A DNA stretch of 64,000 nucleotides from an uncultured Actinomycetota bacterium (GCA_963718235.1 CAVQYR010000002.1:160001-224000); one strand, 5' to 3'. Positions 49,925-62,370 are shown, numbered from the stretch's first letter. Translations and numbers: made by a program. The notes: generated by a model from the sequence alone, not told the origin.

Positions 49925-50441
49925 CCCGAACCTGATCCTGTACGTGGCCGCCTACGCCGACGAGGCTGCCGCCCAGCAGGACTACGACCTCCTGAAGTCC
50001 GCGGAGGGGAGCGACCTCCAGGTGGTCGCCGCGGTTGTCGTGAGCCGCGACGCCGACGGCAAGGTCGACGTCGTCGAGCACGGCGGCGGGCAGACCGGAG
50101 GCGGGGCCGTCCTCGGTGGGGGTGTCGGACTCGTCGTCGGGCTGTTCGCCCCTCCGCTGCTGGCGGCGACCGCCGTCGGTGCCGGTATCGGTGCTGTGTG
50201 GGGGCACCTCACCAAGAAGCACGAGGAGAAGAAGCTCGGCGTCGAGCTCGAGGAGTACCTGCCCCCGAACTCGTCGGCCGTGGTGGTCGTCGTCGACGAC
50301 GTGTACCTCGACCGGATCGAGAAGGCACTGGCGAAGGCCGACAAGCGGATCTCCAAGGCCATCGACAAGGACGACTACGACCAGCTCCAGAAGGCGCTGG
50401 AGAAGTCCGAGACCGAGATCACCGACGCCATCGACTCCTGA
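49917..50441 (+). CDS. DUF1269-like membrane protein
   Basis: AAVVVSRDADGKV, Gly-rich GAVLGGGVGLVVG, LPPNSSA. Confidence 0.75.
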   Translation: MTDPNLILYVAAYADEAAAQQDYDLLKSAEGSDLQVVAAVVVSRDADGKVDVVEHGGGQTGGGAVLGGGVGLVVGLFAPPLLAATAVGAGIGAVWGHLTKKHEEKKLGVELEEYLPPNSSAVVVVVDDVYLDRIEKALAKADKRISKAIDKDDYDQLQKALEKSETEITDAIDS

Positions 50442-50448
50442 CCGGTCG

Positions 50449-51811
50449 CTAACGGTCTGTGGTGGACTCCGCCAGCTCCTCCGCGTTCGTGGCGGGGTCC
50501 ACCACTGCGTCGGCCGCGACCTCGCCCTCGACAGGTGCCTTCGACGTCGGAAGCCGGCGCAGTGGCAGCGAGGAACACGCCAAGCGCCAGGAGAACCAGG
50601 GCGGCCACGAGCAGCCAGAACAGCACGGCGGGCGTGGGCCGGGTCCAGACCACGACGGTGATCGCGTAGAGGACGGCGAGGCTGATCGCCCAGCCCTTGC
50701 GGTGCTTGTCGAACCAGGCGCCGACCGGCCCGGTGTCCAAGCCGGTCTTCTCGCCCCCGGAGGTGATGGCACCTCCGACCAGACGTCGGGTCTTCACCGC
50801 CCAGCCGTAGGGACCGCTGAAAGCGGCAACAGCAGCCAGCAGGAGACCGACGAAGAACACCACTCGGTTCGCGTTGCGCATGAACCGGATCAGGGTGTCG
50901 AAGACCGAGGCCGCGGCGTCCTGCGGAAGCCTGGCCACGGACAGGTAGGCGGAGCGCTCCAGACTGACCGCGATGCCGGAGACAAGAGCTCCGGCGGCGA
51001 GCAGGAGGCCGACCCAGATCACTGCTCGGCGACGGTCGCGCGCGAGGAACACCGCGAGGCCGAAGCACAGCAGACCGAGCAGCGGGAGCACATAGGACAG
51101 CGTGCGCAGCGCCGATGCCGCGTTGCGGGCCTTCACGATGGCATCCACGTTCGCCACCGGAAGCACGATGCTGGTGGACACGTCGGGAATGTTCGAGGCC
51201 AGCGACACGCCCTGGGCGACCAGCTGCGTCTTCACCTGCTCCACGATCGGCCCGAGGTCCAGCACGAGCTGGCCGTCCTGCACGCTCAGGGCCGAGGGTG
51301 CGTCGGCGGTGAGGAACTTCACCAGCGCCTCGTGGGCTGCCTGGTTGACCTTGACCCAGACCTCCTGGAACTGCGGTGTCTCCAGGACCTTGACCACCAG
51401 GTTCTTCGTCTGGCTCTCCACCTGGGAGGCGATCGGGCCGGCGGCGAAGGCCAGCCGGGGTGGGAGCTCGTCCTCCAGCAGCTGCTCGACGTCGACCTGG
51501 GCCAGGAGGGCCGTCGTGACCTCGTCGGCCACCGCGTCGATGATGGCCGGGTCCTCGGCAAGGGGGGTGACGGTCTCTACGTAGGTGTCGGTGTCGAACA
51601 CCTCGTTGCGGGTCCAGATGGCCGCGATCGAGATCGGGGTGAGCAGGAAGCCGAGGGCCATCAGGACGACGACCGCGGTGCTCCTGACCCAGCCGGTGTG
51701 ACGTGGCTTGGGGGTCGCATCGACCTCGGCCTGAAGGCGCGCAACCTCGGCTTGCAGCTCGGCGATCTGTGCGGCACTGGCTTGGGGCGAGTCACTGGCG
51801 TCGGCAGTCAT
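50449..51811 (-). CDS. Integral membrane hypothetical protein (indel near 50540)
   Basis: DTDTYVETVTPLAEDP, F..VW..VN..AH, LDLGPIV, multiple TMs; the C-terminus continues in another frame to 50449. Confidence 0.75.
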
Positions 51812-51852
51812 GGGACGAACACTAGCCGTCAACGGGCGGTACGGTCAGGATC

Positions 51853-52008
51853 ATGAGCGAGAGCCCAGAGGGCGGCGACATCCTGCCGACGACTACATCC
51901 GATGAGGATGAGACCGGGTGGGGCGAAGACCTCTCAGGGCACGCCACGCAGACTGACGATGACCTGGAGCGGCTGCGGCGTGAGGTGCCTCCGCACCACG
52001 GAGGCTGA
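51853..52008 (+). CDS. Small acidic protein (51 aa) next to mscL
   Basis: MSESPEGGDILPTTTSDEDETGWGE...RLRREVPPHHGG*; below the ORF-track cutoff. Confidence 0.7.
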   Translation: MSESPEGGDILPTTTSDEDETGWGEDLSGHATQTDDDLERLRREVPPHHGG

Positions 52009-52010
52009 GC

Positions 52011-52430
52011 TCAGGCGCCGCGGTTGCTCAGAGCGTCGCGGATCTCGGTGAGCAGCTCGACCTCGGTCGGGCCGGCCGCCTCCTCCTTGGCCCACACCTT
52101 CTCCAACCGCTCATACGGTTTGACGACGAAGAAGTACAGCACTGCGGCAGTGATGACGAAGGTGATGAGCGCCGTGAGGAAGGATCCCCAGGCAAGGAAG
52201 ACGCCGTCGGACGTGACGGCGCCGGTCGTGGCGTCCACGACGGGGTCGCACGAGGTCGACAGACACGTGCCTTCTTTGGAGAGATCGACGCCGCCAAAGA
52301 GTCCGAGCAGAGGTGAGATCAGACTGTTGACGAAGGAGTTCACCACCGCCGCGAACGCGACACCCATGACGAACGCGACAGCGAGCTGGACCAGGTTGCC
52401 CTTCCGGATGAACTCCGCGAAGCCCTTCAT
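52011..52430 (-). CDS. mscL: Large-conductance mechanosensitive channel
   Basis: GFAEFIRKGNLVQLAVAFVMG, GSFLTALITF, LLTEIRD. Confidence 0.93.
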   Translation of the reverse strand: MKGFAEFIRKGNLVQLAVAFVMGVAFAAVVNSFVNSLISPLLGLFGGVDLSKEGTCLSTSCDPVVDATTGAVTSDGVFLAWGSFLTALITFVITAAVLYFFVVKPYERLEKVWAKEEAAGPTEVELLTEIRDALSNRGA

Positions 52431-52489
52431 GTCGAAAGCCCTTCGATCGGGGCCGCTCGTGGTCGGCCGAGACCAGCCACGCTAGCGAA

Positions 52490-53128
52490 TCAACCGCGCA
52501 GCGTGACCGACAGCGGGCCCGCCGCGGCTGCCGCCGCGAGTGCGGTTGCCTCCGTGGCGGTGGTGGACACGACGACGAGGGCGCCGTCGAAGACGTCGCC
52601 CTCGGGTGCCGGCACTGCGATCACCCGCGCCGCCTCGGCCACGACCTGAGCCGCTCCGTGTCCGTCGGCGGCGACCACGTCGACGAGGGTCCCCGGAGCC
52701 AACAGCGCGGCCACCTCGCCGTCGGCGAGCCGCACAGGGACGGCGACCCGCCCCGCACCCGCGTCGTCGGCCAGCGACTGGGCATCGGCGAGCCGGACGT
52801 CGGTCAGTGGCTCTCCGCGGCGGACCGGTGCGGCCAGACGGTGTCCGACCACCAGTTGCGGGTCGTTGGCGACGCCGTCGGGGCGCCCCTCGTCGAGCAC
52901 TGCCGCGAGGGTGACGTCGGCTCGCGTGACGAGCCGGCCCGCCTCGAGGTCGCGCGCGGCCACGACGACCTCCTCGTGTGCCTGGCCCGGCGGTCGCACG
53001 GCGGAGACGGTGAGCCCGACGGCCACCATCGTCAGCGCGGCAGCGAGTGGACGGCGATGACGGGTGAGCAGCCGCGACGTCCTGCGTCGCACCTCGGCGG
53101 TGCGTTCGGGGCGGGGCCACGACGACAT
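52490..53128 (-). CDS. SAF/CpaB-like domain protein
   Basis: VVVAARDL.AG, PVRRGEPLTDVRL, AVPVRLAD, G..VDV. Confidence 0.85.
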   Translation of the reverse strand: MSSWPRPERTAEVRRRTSRLLTRHRRPLAAALTMVAVGLTVSAVRPPGQAHEEVVVAARDLEAGRLVTRADVTLAAVLDEGRPDGVANDPQLVVGHRLAAPVRRGEPLTDVRLADAQSLADDAGAGRVAVPVRLADGEVAALLAPGTLVDVVAADGHGAAQVVAEAARVIAVPAPEGDVFDGALVVVSTTATEATALAAAAAAGPLSVTLRG

Positions 53129-53180
53129 GCCCGGTGACGCTAGCCCGGGCCGACGTCCACCGGGCCGGTCGTCCACAGCC

Positions 53181-53564
53181 TCAGGAGGAGCTGCCGCCCG
53201 ACTTCGACGTGGAGGAGCCTCCGGCGGGTGACGACGTGCCCGAGCCAGCTGGCTTTGCTGACGACGACGAGTCGGACTTCGAGCCCGAAGACGAGCTGGA
53301 CGACGAGCCGGAGCTGTCCGAGCCCTTCTTGTCACTCGTCTTGCCGGAGCCGTCCCCCGTGTTGGCCGAGGAGGTGGAGCCGCCCCCGGCCCGGGAGTCG
53401 GTGCGGTAGAAGCCCGACCCCTTGAACGCCACACCGACCGGGTGGAAGACCTTGCGCACCGGACCGGAGCAGCTCTCGCACGTCGTGACCGTGGGGTCGC
53501 TGATCGACTGCACCACCTCGAACTCGTGGCCGCAGGAGGTGCAGGCGTACGCGTAGGTGGGCAA
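53181..53564 (-). CDS. FmdB-family zinc-ribbon protein (Rv0991c-like)
   Basis: PTYAYACTSCG, CESC, FKGSGFYRTDSR, Ser-rich tail. Confidence 0.93.
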   Translation of the reverse strand: MPTYAYACTSCGHEFEVVQSISDPTVTTCESCSGPVRKVFHPVGVAFKGSGFYRTDSRAGGGSTSSANTGDGSGKTSDKKGSDSSGSSSSSSSGSKSDSSSSAKPAGSGTSSPAGGSSTSKSGGSSS

Positions 53565-53600
53565 CGAGACTCCGTGCTCGGTCGGCTGCGCCGCGTGGCG

Positions 53601-53627
53601 CTAGCAGTCGTGGGTGGCGAGTGCTAA
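53601..53627. promoter_or_regulatory. CIRCE element (HrcA operator)
   Basis: CTAGCAGTC-N9-GAGTGCTAA versus consensus TTAGCACTC-N9-GAGTGCTAA, upstream of the fmdB-family gene. Confidence 0.8.
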
Positions 53628-53669
53628 TCCTACGCCACCGGGCCGCGCGGAGCTGCCGGGTCCGGGCTG

Positions 53670-54080
53670 GTGACCCCCTACCGTGAGCCCGTGAGGCAGC
53701 GGACGGCGGTGGCCGCGGTGGCCGCGGGTGGGGCGCTCGGCGCCACCGCCCGGTTCGGCGTCGGCCGATGGGTGCCGTGGGAGGCTCCCGCCTTCCCGTG
53801 GGCGACCGCCCTGGTGAATGTGACCGGGTGCCTGCTGATCGGCCTGGTGCTGGGCTGGCTGCTGGCGTCGACCGGCCAGCCTGCGTGGCTCCGCCTGTTC
53901 CTGGCCACCGGCGTCCTCGGCGGGTACACCACGTTCAGCGCGTTCGCGGTGGAGACGGTGGTGCTCGTCGATGCCGGCGCTGTGGTGACCGCTGCCCTGT
54001 ACGTCGTCGGCTCGCTGGTCGTCGGTCTGGTGGCAGTGCGGGTCGGCGCCACGGTGGCTCGACGGGCCAAGGGACCATGA
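53670..54080 (+). CDS. crcB: Fluoride efflux channel Fluc/CrcB
   Basis: [31 protein letters not shown]. Confidence 0.92.
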   Translation: MTPYREPVRQRTAVAAVAAGGALGATARFGVGRWVPWEAPAFPWATALVNVTGCLLIGLVLGWLLASTGQPAWLRLFLATGVLGGYTTFSAFAVETVVLVDAGAVVTAALYVVGSLVVGLVAVRVGATVARRAKGP

Positions 54081-54463
54081 TTGACGATGCGAGAGGCGCA
54101 GCAGTGACCGAAATGACCGAGCTGACCGGAACAGCACTGCGAGCGACGGTGTACGTCGGCGAGGACGACATGCACCATCACCGACCGGTGTACGACGAGA
54201 TCGTGGTGCGGGCTCGCGCGGCCGGGCTCGCGGGCGCCACCGTCACCCGCGGAGTCGAGGGTTACGGGAGGCACTCGTTGGTGCACACGGCTCGTCTGGT
54301 GAGCCTGTCCAGCGACCTGCCGATGGTGGTCGAGCTGATCGACGAGGCGGCCAAGATCCGCGCGTTCCTCGCCCAGCTCGACGAGGTGGTCACCGGTGGG
54401 CTGGTGACCGTCGAGGAGGTCGAGGTGCACCGGTACGTCGCTCCTTCTGCCGCTTCCGACTGA
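54077..54463 (+). CDS. DUF190 (PII-like) protein
   Basis: [30 protein letters not shown]. Confidence 0.9.
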   Translation: MIDDARGAAVTEMTELTGTALRATVYVGEDDMHHHRPVYDEIVVRARAAGLAGATVTRGVEGYGRHSLVHTARLVSLSSDLPMVVELIDEAAKIRAFLAQLDEVVTGGLVTVEEVEVHRYVAPSAASD

Positions 54464-54479
54464 ACCCCCTGCCCTCCTC

Positions 54480-54857
54480 ATGACGACGTACCTGCTGGTC
54501 GCCCTGGGCGCCTCGGTCGGTGCCCCTGTCCGCTACCTCGTCGACCGCTGGGTCCAGCAGCGACTCGTGCCCGTGTTCCCCTGGGGGACCTTCGGCGTGA
54601 ACGTCGTCGGGTCGCTGCTTCTGGGGGCTCTCGCTGCAGCTGCGGCGCACGACGGCCTGTCGACGGCCGGTCTTGCGCTGCTCGGCGCCGGCTTCTGCGG
54701 TGGGCTGACCACCTTCAGCAGCTTCGGCTGGGAGACCCACCGACTGCTCGAGGACGGCGCCGACTGGGTGGCCACGGTCAACGTGGCGGCCTCGACGGCG
54801 GTCTGCCTCACCGCTGCCGCGGTCAGCTGGACGGCGACGGCCCTGGTCCTGGGCTGA
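54480..54857 (+). CDS. crcB: Fluoride efflux channel Fluc/CrcB (second subunit)
   Basis: GAPVRY, FPWGTFGVNVVGS, GFCGGLTTFSSF. Confidence 0.92.
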   Translation: MTTYLLVALGASVGAPVRYLVDRWVQQRLVPVFPWGTFGVNVVGSLLLGALAAAAAHDGLSTAGLALLGAGFCGGLTTFSSFGWETHRLLEDGADWVATVNVAASTAVCLTAAAVSWTATALVLG

Positions 54858-55449
54858 GCGAGCCCCCGAGCCGACCGGTCACCCTCCGGTCGTGCGGCGC
54901 CTCCGGCAGTGCATCGACCACCTCGTCGTCGAACACCACGGCGAGCAGCGGCACCGTCGAGGGGACCCGTTGCAGCGCCCGGTCGTAGCAGCCGCCGCCT
55001 TGGCCCAGTCGCCGTCCGGCCGCGTCCACCGAGAGCGCAGGCACCAGCACGACGTCGACCGTGCCTATGGCCGCCCGACCCAGTCGAGGCCCGGACGGCT
55101 CGCGCAGCCCCTTGGGGCCGGGCACGAGCTCGGGCTCACCGGAGTACACCGCCCACTCCAGGTCGAGGTCGGAGAGGACGACGGGCAGGAGCACCCGGAC
55201 CCCGCGCCCGTAGAGCGCGTTGACCAGGGGCAGGGTCTGCGGTTCTGCCCCGACCCCGATGAACGCAGCGACCGACGACGCCGAGCGCAGCGGCTCGAGG
55301 GAGGCGCAGGTGACGAGCGTGGAGGCCCATTCCGAGTGCTCGACCGCGGCGCGTTCGGCGCGGTGGGCCCGGGCCTCGGCCCGCAGCTCACGCTTGGCCG
55401 CGGCCGGGTCACGAGGCGGCGGTGAGGTCACGGCCTCATCATGGGGCAT
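54823..55449 (-). CDS. 5-formyltetrahydrofolate cyclo-ligase
   Basis: K..LR, EP, VLLP, VLVPALSVD..G.RLGQGGGCYDR, HDRRV. Confidence 0.92.
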   Translation of the reverse strand: MPHDEAVTSPPPRDPAAAKRELRAEARAHRAERAAVEHSEWASTLVTCASLEPLRSASSVAAFIGVGAEPQTLPLVNALYGRGVRVLLPVVLSDLDLEWAVYSGEPELVPGPKGLREPSGPRLGRAAIGTVDVVLVPALSVDAAGRRLGQGGGCYDRALQRVPSTVPLLAVVFDDEVVDALPEAPHDRRVTGRLGGSLSPGPGPSPSS

Positions 55450-55580
55450 TCGTCCTGCGGGACCGGTGAGCCGGTTCGCATCGCCGTCGGCGGCGAACGC
55501 TTCAGTTGCTCACCCGATCGGTCGATCAAGGCAACGACGACGTGTGCCTGACGCTCGCTCGGCACGGACGGGAGGGGCCG

Positions 55581-57548
<1,968 letters not shown>

Positions 57549-57584
57549 CCGTCCGGGGGTCGCTGCGGCGTTAGGGTCGCTGCC

Positions 57585-58514
57585 ATGAGCCACGAGCACG
57601 CACGCCCGCGCAAGGCGGTCATCCCAGCTGCCGGCCTGGGCACCCGCTTCCTTCCGGCCACGAAGGCCACCCCCAAGGAGATGCTGCCGGTGGTCGACAC
57701 CCCGGCCATCCAGTACGTGGTGGAGGAGGCCGTGGCGGCGGGCCTGGACGACGTCTTGATGATCACCGGGCGCAACAAGAAGTCCCTGGAGGACCACTTC
57801 GACCGCAACGTGGAGCTCGAGCTCGCGCTGGAGGCCAAGGGCGATGCGGCCCGGCTGGCGCAGGTGCGGCACGCGAGTGAGCTGGCCACCGTCCACTACG
57901 TGCGCCAGGGAGACCCGCGTGGCCTGGGGCACGCGGTGCTGGTCGCGGCCGACCACGTCGGCGACGAGCCGTTCGCCGTGCTGCTCGGCGACGACCTGAT
58001 CGACCCGCGGGACCCGTTGCTGTCCCGCATGCTCGAGGTCCAGGAGGCCCGCGGCGGCAGCGTGGTCGCCCTGATGGAGGTCCCGAAGGAGATGATCCGG
58101 CTCTACGGCTGCGCCGCCGTCGAGCCGACCGACGAGGACGACGTGGTCGCCATCTCCGGGCTCGTCGAGAAGCCGACCCCGGACGAGGCGCCTAGCTCGT
58201 TCGCCGTGATCGGCCGCTACGTCCTGCACCCCGCAGTCTTCGACGTGCTCCGTACGACACCGCCCGGTCGGGGGAACGAGATCCAGATCACCGACGCGCT
58301 GCAGACCCTGGCCTCGGGGGCGGTGGCGCCGGAGGCGGGCGGTGGTGTGAGCGGTGTGGTGTTCCGCGGACGCCGCTACGACACGGGCGACCGCGGCGAC
58401 TACCTCAAGGCCGTCATCCGGCTGGCCAGCGAGCGAGAGGACCTGGGGCCGGACCTCGTCGTCTGGCTGAGGGAGTTCCTCGCCGAACGGGACTCCGCGG
58501 GAGGCGCTGAGTGA
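57585..58514 (+). CDS. galU: UTP--glucose-1-phosphate uridylyltransferase
   Basis: KAVIPAAGLGTRFLPATKATPKEMLP, GLGHAV, VEKP, EIQITDAL. Confidence 0.97.
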   Translation: MSHEHARPRKAVIPAAGLGTRFLPATKATPKEMLPVVDTPAIQYVVEEAVAAGLDDVLMITGRNKKSLEDHFDRNVELELALEAKGDAARLAQVRHASELATVHYVRQGDPRGLGHAVLVAADHVGDEPFAVLLGDDLIDPRDPLLSRMLEVQEARGGSVVALMEVPKEMIRLYGCAAVEPTDEDDVVAISGLVEKPTPDEAPSSFAVIGRYVLHPAVFDVLRTTPPGRGNEIQITDALQTLASGAVAPEAGGGVSGVVFRGRRYDTGDRGDYLKAVIRLASEREDLGPDLVVWLREFLAERDSAGGAE

Positions 58515-59734
58515 AGAGTGTCGACGAGCACCTCGCCGACATCCTGTCGGGGCTGCAGCCGCTGTCGCCGCTGCAGATCCAGCTCCTCGACGCGCAGGGT
58601 TGTGTGCTCGTCGAGGAGGTCGCTGCGCCCTGGCCGATGCCTTCGTTCGACAACTCGGCGATGGACGGCTACGCCGTCCATGCGTCCGACGTCGGATCAG
58701 CCTCCGTCTCGGCGCCCGTCGCTCTGAAGGTGGTGGCCGACCTGCCGGCCGGGACCGACAAGGTCGTCCACATCAGTCCGGGCACGGCGGCGCGCATCAT
58801 GACCGGCGCCCCCATGCCCTCCGGGGCCGACGCCGTCGTCCCCATCGAGTGGACCGACGAGGGGGTGGCTGACGTCGTCGTGCGCCAGCCGGCCCACGTG
58901 GGTCAGTACGTACGCGTGGCCGGAAGCGACGTCGAAGAGGGCACGGTGGTGGCGGAGGCGGGCACCCGGCTCGGAGCGACCCAGCTCGCGGTACTGGCGG
59001 CGTCCGGTCGCGACCGGGTCCAGGTGCGCCCGCGCCCGCGCGTCGTCGTGATCGCCACCGGCAGCGAGCTGGTGCCCGTGGGCACCGAGCCGGGGGCGGG
59101 GCAGCTCCCGGACTCCAACAGCGTGATGCTCGCCGCGGCGGCCAAGGAGGCCGGTGCGGTGGTGTTCCCGGTCGGCATCGTGGGCGACGACCCTCGGCTG
59201 CTCATGGACACCCTCGAAGACCAGCTGGTTCGCGCCGACGTCGTGGTCACCAGCGGTGGGGTGAGCGTCGGTGCCTACGACGTGGTCAAGAGCGCACTGC
59301 AGCGCCTCGGGACGGTCACCTTCGACAAGGTCGCCATGCAGCCCGGCATGCCACAGGGGTTCGGGCACATCGGCCCGGACTCGACCCCGATCTTCACCCT
59401 GCCCGGCAACCCGGTCTCGGCGTTCGTCTCGTTCGAGGTGTTCGTGCGTCCCGCGTTGCGTCGCATGCTCGGGGTCGAGCCCCTGGAGCGGCCCCAGGTG
59501 CGGGCCGAGCTGCTGTCCGAGGTCACCTCGCCGGCGGGCAAGCGCCAGTACCTGCGCGGGTGGCTCGACGTGGCCGACGGGCGATACGTCGTCGGGGCGG
59601 TCGGAGGTCCCGGATCGCACCTGCTGGCCGGACTGAGCAAGGCCAACGCACTCATCGTCATCCCTGAGGACGTCACGCACGTGGCGCAGGGCGAGGCCGT
59701 GACGGTGATGCTCCTCGAACGGCGCACGGTGTGA
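58511..59734 (+). CDS. moeA: Molybdopterin molybdotransferase MoeA / gephyrin-like Glp
   Basis: FDNSAMDGYA, IMTGAP, TGSEL, SGGVSVG, LPGNPVS. Confidence 0.95.
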   Translation: MKSVDEHLADILSGLQPLSPLQIQLLDAQGCVLVEEVAAPWPMPSFDNSAMDGYAVHASDVGSASVSAPVALKVVADLPAGTDKVVHISPGTAARIMTGAPMPSGADAVVPIEWTDEGVADVVVRQPAHVGQYVRVAGSDVEEGTVVAEAGTRLGATQLAVLAASGRDRVQVRPRPRVVVIATGSELVPVGTEPGAGQLPDSNSVMLAAAAKEAGAVVFPVGIVGDDPRLLMDTLEDQLVRADVVVTSGGVSVGAYDVVKSALQRLGTVTFDKVAMQPGMPQGFGHIGPDSTPIFTLPGNPVSAFVSFEVFVRPALRRMLGVEPLERPQVRAELLSEVTSPAGKRQYLRGWLDVADGRYVVGAVGGPGSHLLAGLSKANALIVIPEDVTHVAQGEAVTVMLLERRTV

Positions 59735-59741
59735 GTGCTCG

Positions 59742-60245
59742 ATGACCGACGACCCGGACCGGGAGGCGGGAGGCGAGAAGACGCTCACCCACGTCGACGC
59801 ACGTGGTGCTGCTCGCATGGTCGACGTGTCGGGCAAGGAGGTGACGGCCCGGACGGCCACCGCCACCGGCGTCGTCCACGTGAGCAGCGCCGTCGTGTCG
59901 CTCCTGCGCGACGGTGGCCTGCCCAAGGGCGATGCCCTGGCGGTCGCCCGGATCGCGGGGATCCAGGCCGCGAAGCGCACACCCGAGCTCGTCCCCCTGT
60001 GCCACCCGATCGCGATCCACGGCGTCGACGTCGACCTGCAGGTGCACGACGACCACGTAGCCATCCGCGCGGTCGTGCGGACCGCTGACCGTACGGGTGT
60101 CGAGATGGAGGCTCTCACCGTGGTCAGCGTTGCCGCCCTCGCGCTGGTCGACATGGTCAAGGCGGTCGACCCGGCGGCGGTCATCAGCGAGATCAGGGTC
60201 GAGGAGAAGACCGGGGGCAAGACCGGGGTGTGGCGCCGTGACTGA
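59742..60245 (+). CDS. moaC: Cyclic pyranopterin monophosphate synthase
   Basis: LTH, MVDVSGK, KGD, PLCHP, TGVEMEAL, KTGGK. Confidence 0.96.
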   Translation: MTDDPDREAGGEKTLTHVDARGAARMVDVSGKEVTARTATATGVVHVSSAVVSLLRDGGLPKGDALAVARIAGIQAAKRTPELVPLCHPIAIHGVDVDLQVHDDHVAIRAVVRTADRTGVEMEALTVVSVAALALVDMVKAVDPAAVISEIRVEEKTGGKTGVWRRD

Positions 60246-60729
60246 GGCGACGCCGTCGGTCCGGGTGTGCGTGGTCACCGCTTCCACGCGGGCCGCTGCC
60301 GGTGAGTACGTGGACCGGAGCGGTCCCGCCGTCTGCGAGGTGCTCGCCGCGGAGTCCTTCGACGTCGCTGCCCCGGTGGTCGTGGCCGACGGCCCGCCGG
60401 TGGGTGAGGCGGTCCGGCGGGCCGTCGCTGCCGGTTTCGACGTGGTCCTGACGACCGGAGGGACCGGCCTGGCTCCGACCGACCGCACCCCCGAGGAGAC
60501 CCGGGCCCTGATCGACCACGAGGTGCCCGGCCTGGCCGAAGCGATCCGGCAGGCCGGGGCGAGGGCCGGTGTCGCCACCGCGATGCTGTCCCGGGGCATC
60601 GCCGGGGTGTCCGGCCGCACGCTCGTCGTGAACCTCCCGGGGTCGGTGGGCGGGGCGACCGACGGGGTCGCCGTCCTGCTGCCTGTGCTGCGGCATGCCG
60701 TCGACCAGCTGGCCGGAGGCGACCACTGA
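60238..60729 (+). CDS. mog: MogA/MoaB molybdopterin adenylyltransferase
   Basis: DRSG, TTGGTG..D.TPE, LSRG, NLPGS. Confidence 0.9.
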   Translation: MTEATPSVRVCVVTASTRAAAGEYVDRSGPAVCEVLAAESFDVAAPVVVADGPPVGEAVRRAVAAGFDVVLTTGGTGLAPTDRTPEETRALIDHEVPGLAEAIRQAGARAGVATAMLSRGIAGVSGRTLVVNLPGSVGGATDGVAVLLPVLRHAVDQLAGGDH

Positions 60730-60743
60730 GCGCCCAGTGGCCG

Positions 60744-61349
60744 GTGACGCTGACCGAGGGCCCGATCGCGCTGCGTCCGATCCGGCGTCGGGACCGCAAG
60801 GCCTGGGAGACCGTGCGCGGGGTGAACCGGGAGTGGCTGCGCCCGTGGGAGCCGACCCAGCCGGTCCCCACCGACGGTCCACCACCGACCTTCGCCGCCA
60901 TGGTCGCGGGCCTGCTGCGCGAGGCCCGGGCCGGTCGGATGATGCCGTGGGTCGTCACGTACGACGACCGGCTCGTCGGGCAGCTGACGATGGGTGGCAT
61001 CACCCTCGGCTCGCTGCGAGGGGCCCACGTCGGGTACTGGCTGGACAAGCAGTACGCCGGACACGGGCTCATGCCCATGGCCGTGGCGATGGCCATCGAC
61101 CACGCCTTCGGTCCGATGCGGCTGCACCGGATGGAGATCACCATGCGGGAGGAGAACGGTCCGAGCCGTCGGGTCGCCGAGAAGCTCCGGTTCCGATTCG
61201 AGGGAGTCCGTCCGCGGTTCCTGCACATCGACGGTGACTGGCGTGACCACCTGGTCTACGCCCTGCATGCCGACGAGCTCGCCGACGTTGCGCCGTATGG
61301 CCTTCGTCGGTTGATTCGCGACACACCGAAGACGATCCACGATCACTAG
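60744..61349 (+). CDS. RimJ-like GNAT acetyltransferase
   Basis: N.EWL.PWE, VGYW, LHRME, N..SRRVAEKL.F..EG, IDG.WRDH. Confidence 0.9.
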   Translation: MTLTEGPIALRPIRRRDRKAWETVRGVNREWLRPWEPTQPVPTDGPPPTFAAMVAGLLREARAGRMMPWVVTYDDRLVGQLTMGGITLGSLRGAHVGYWLDKQYAGHGLMPMAVAMAIDHAFGPMRLHRMEITMREENGPSRRVAEKLRFRFEGVRPRFLHIDGDWRDHLVYALHADELADVAPYGLRRLIRDTPKTIHDH

Positions 61350-61375
61350 CCGTTCGCGCCCTAGCGTGAGCGACC

Positions 61376-62308
61376 GTGAGCCCCAGCGGACTGGTGTATG
61401 CCGTCATCGTCGCCCTGTGGGCCGCCGTCTTGATCCCGATCTGGCTGCGTCGTCATGACGAGGCAGCGATGACCAGGTCGGCGGATCGCTACTCCCGCGC
61501 CATGCGCACGCTGTCCCGGCGTCCGGCCCGGATCGACAGCCGGGAGATGGTGATGCCGAGAAGGACCAGCGCCGCACCCCACGTCGACGCCGCTCGACCG
61601 GCCCCCCGGCGAGACGTCTCTGTGTCGAGTCCGGCCGGTTCCCCCCGCACCCGCACCGGTCCGGCCTCGGCCCGGGCCGCTTCGGCCCAGCTGGCCAGGC
61701 GTCGGGCCCGCAGCCTGCTGGTGCTCGCCGTGGTCACGCTCGCGCTGGTCGCGCTGGCGGCGTTCGGGGTCGTTCCCTGGTGGGCGGCGGTCCCCGCCGC
61801 GCTGCTGTTCGTCGGGTTCGTCGTTCACCTGCGGCTCCAGGCCCGGCGGGCTGCGCTGCTTCTGCGTCGACCACCGTCGACGGCGTCCAGCGCGCCGACG
61901 CTCGCTCGTGACGACGCACCCCGAGCGAGCATCGACCTCTCCAGGGCCGTGGTGGTCGAGACGAAGGGTCAGTCCCTCGGCGCGGCGACCGTAGGCGCGC
62001 GGGGGCAGGAAGGGACCACTGCCGAAGACGTCGACCAGCACGTCCCGGCCGAGGGCGCGGACGATGCGTGGAGGCCCGAGTCGTGGCCGGTCCCGACCTA
62101 TGTGACCAAGCCGAAGGCGATCCGCCCGATCCGGGTCATCGACCTCACCACGCCAGGTGCCTGGACCTCGGGCCGGCTGCTGGACGACGAGATCGAGACC
62201 CAGGAGCAGGCGGTCGCCGAGGCGCACAAGGCCGACGACGAGCTCGACGCGATCATCGAGCACGCTGACCCTGCTCCCTCGGAGCAGCGGCGCGTCGTCA
62301 ACGACTGA
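61376..62308 (+). CDS. glpR: Divisome membrane protein SepX/GlpR-like (Rv0996-like)
   Basis: N-terminal TM LWAAVLIP, S.AMR.L, ARRRAR + 2 TM, W..PVPTYVTKP; conserved position between GNAT and tRNA-Ala. Confidence 0.7.
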   Translation: MSPSGLVYAVIVALWAAVLIPIWLRRHDEAAMTRSADRYSRAMRTLSRRPARIDSREMVMPRRTSAAPHVDAARPAPRRDVSVSSPAGSPRTRTGPASARAASAQLARRRARSLLVLAVVTLALVALAAFGVVPWWAAVPAALLFVGFVVHLRLQARRAALLLRRPPSTASSAPTLARDDAPRASIDLSRAVVVETKGQSLGAATVGARGQEGTTAEDVDQHVPAEGADDAWRPESWPVPTYVTKPKAIRPIRVIDLTTPGAWTSGRLLDDEIETQEQAVAEAHKADDELDAIIEHADPAPSEQRRVVND

Positions 62309-62370
62309 GCCACCCGAAACTCCGGATTCGTGGGACGGATCAACCGGTTGGTATCGTCTGCCACGTTCTT

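Noticed and set aside
53614-53682. Fluoride riboswitch (GCTGGTGACCCCCTAC resembles the 3' half)
   Set aside because: The 5' GGnGATGGnGT element is missing and the match overlaps the crcB start
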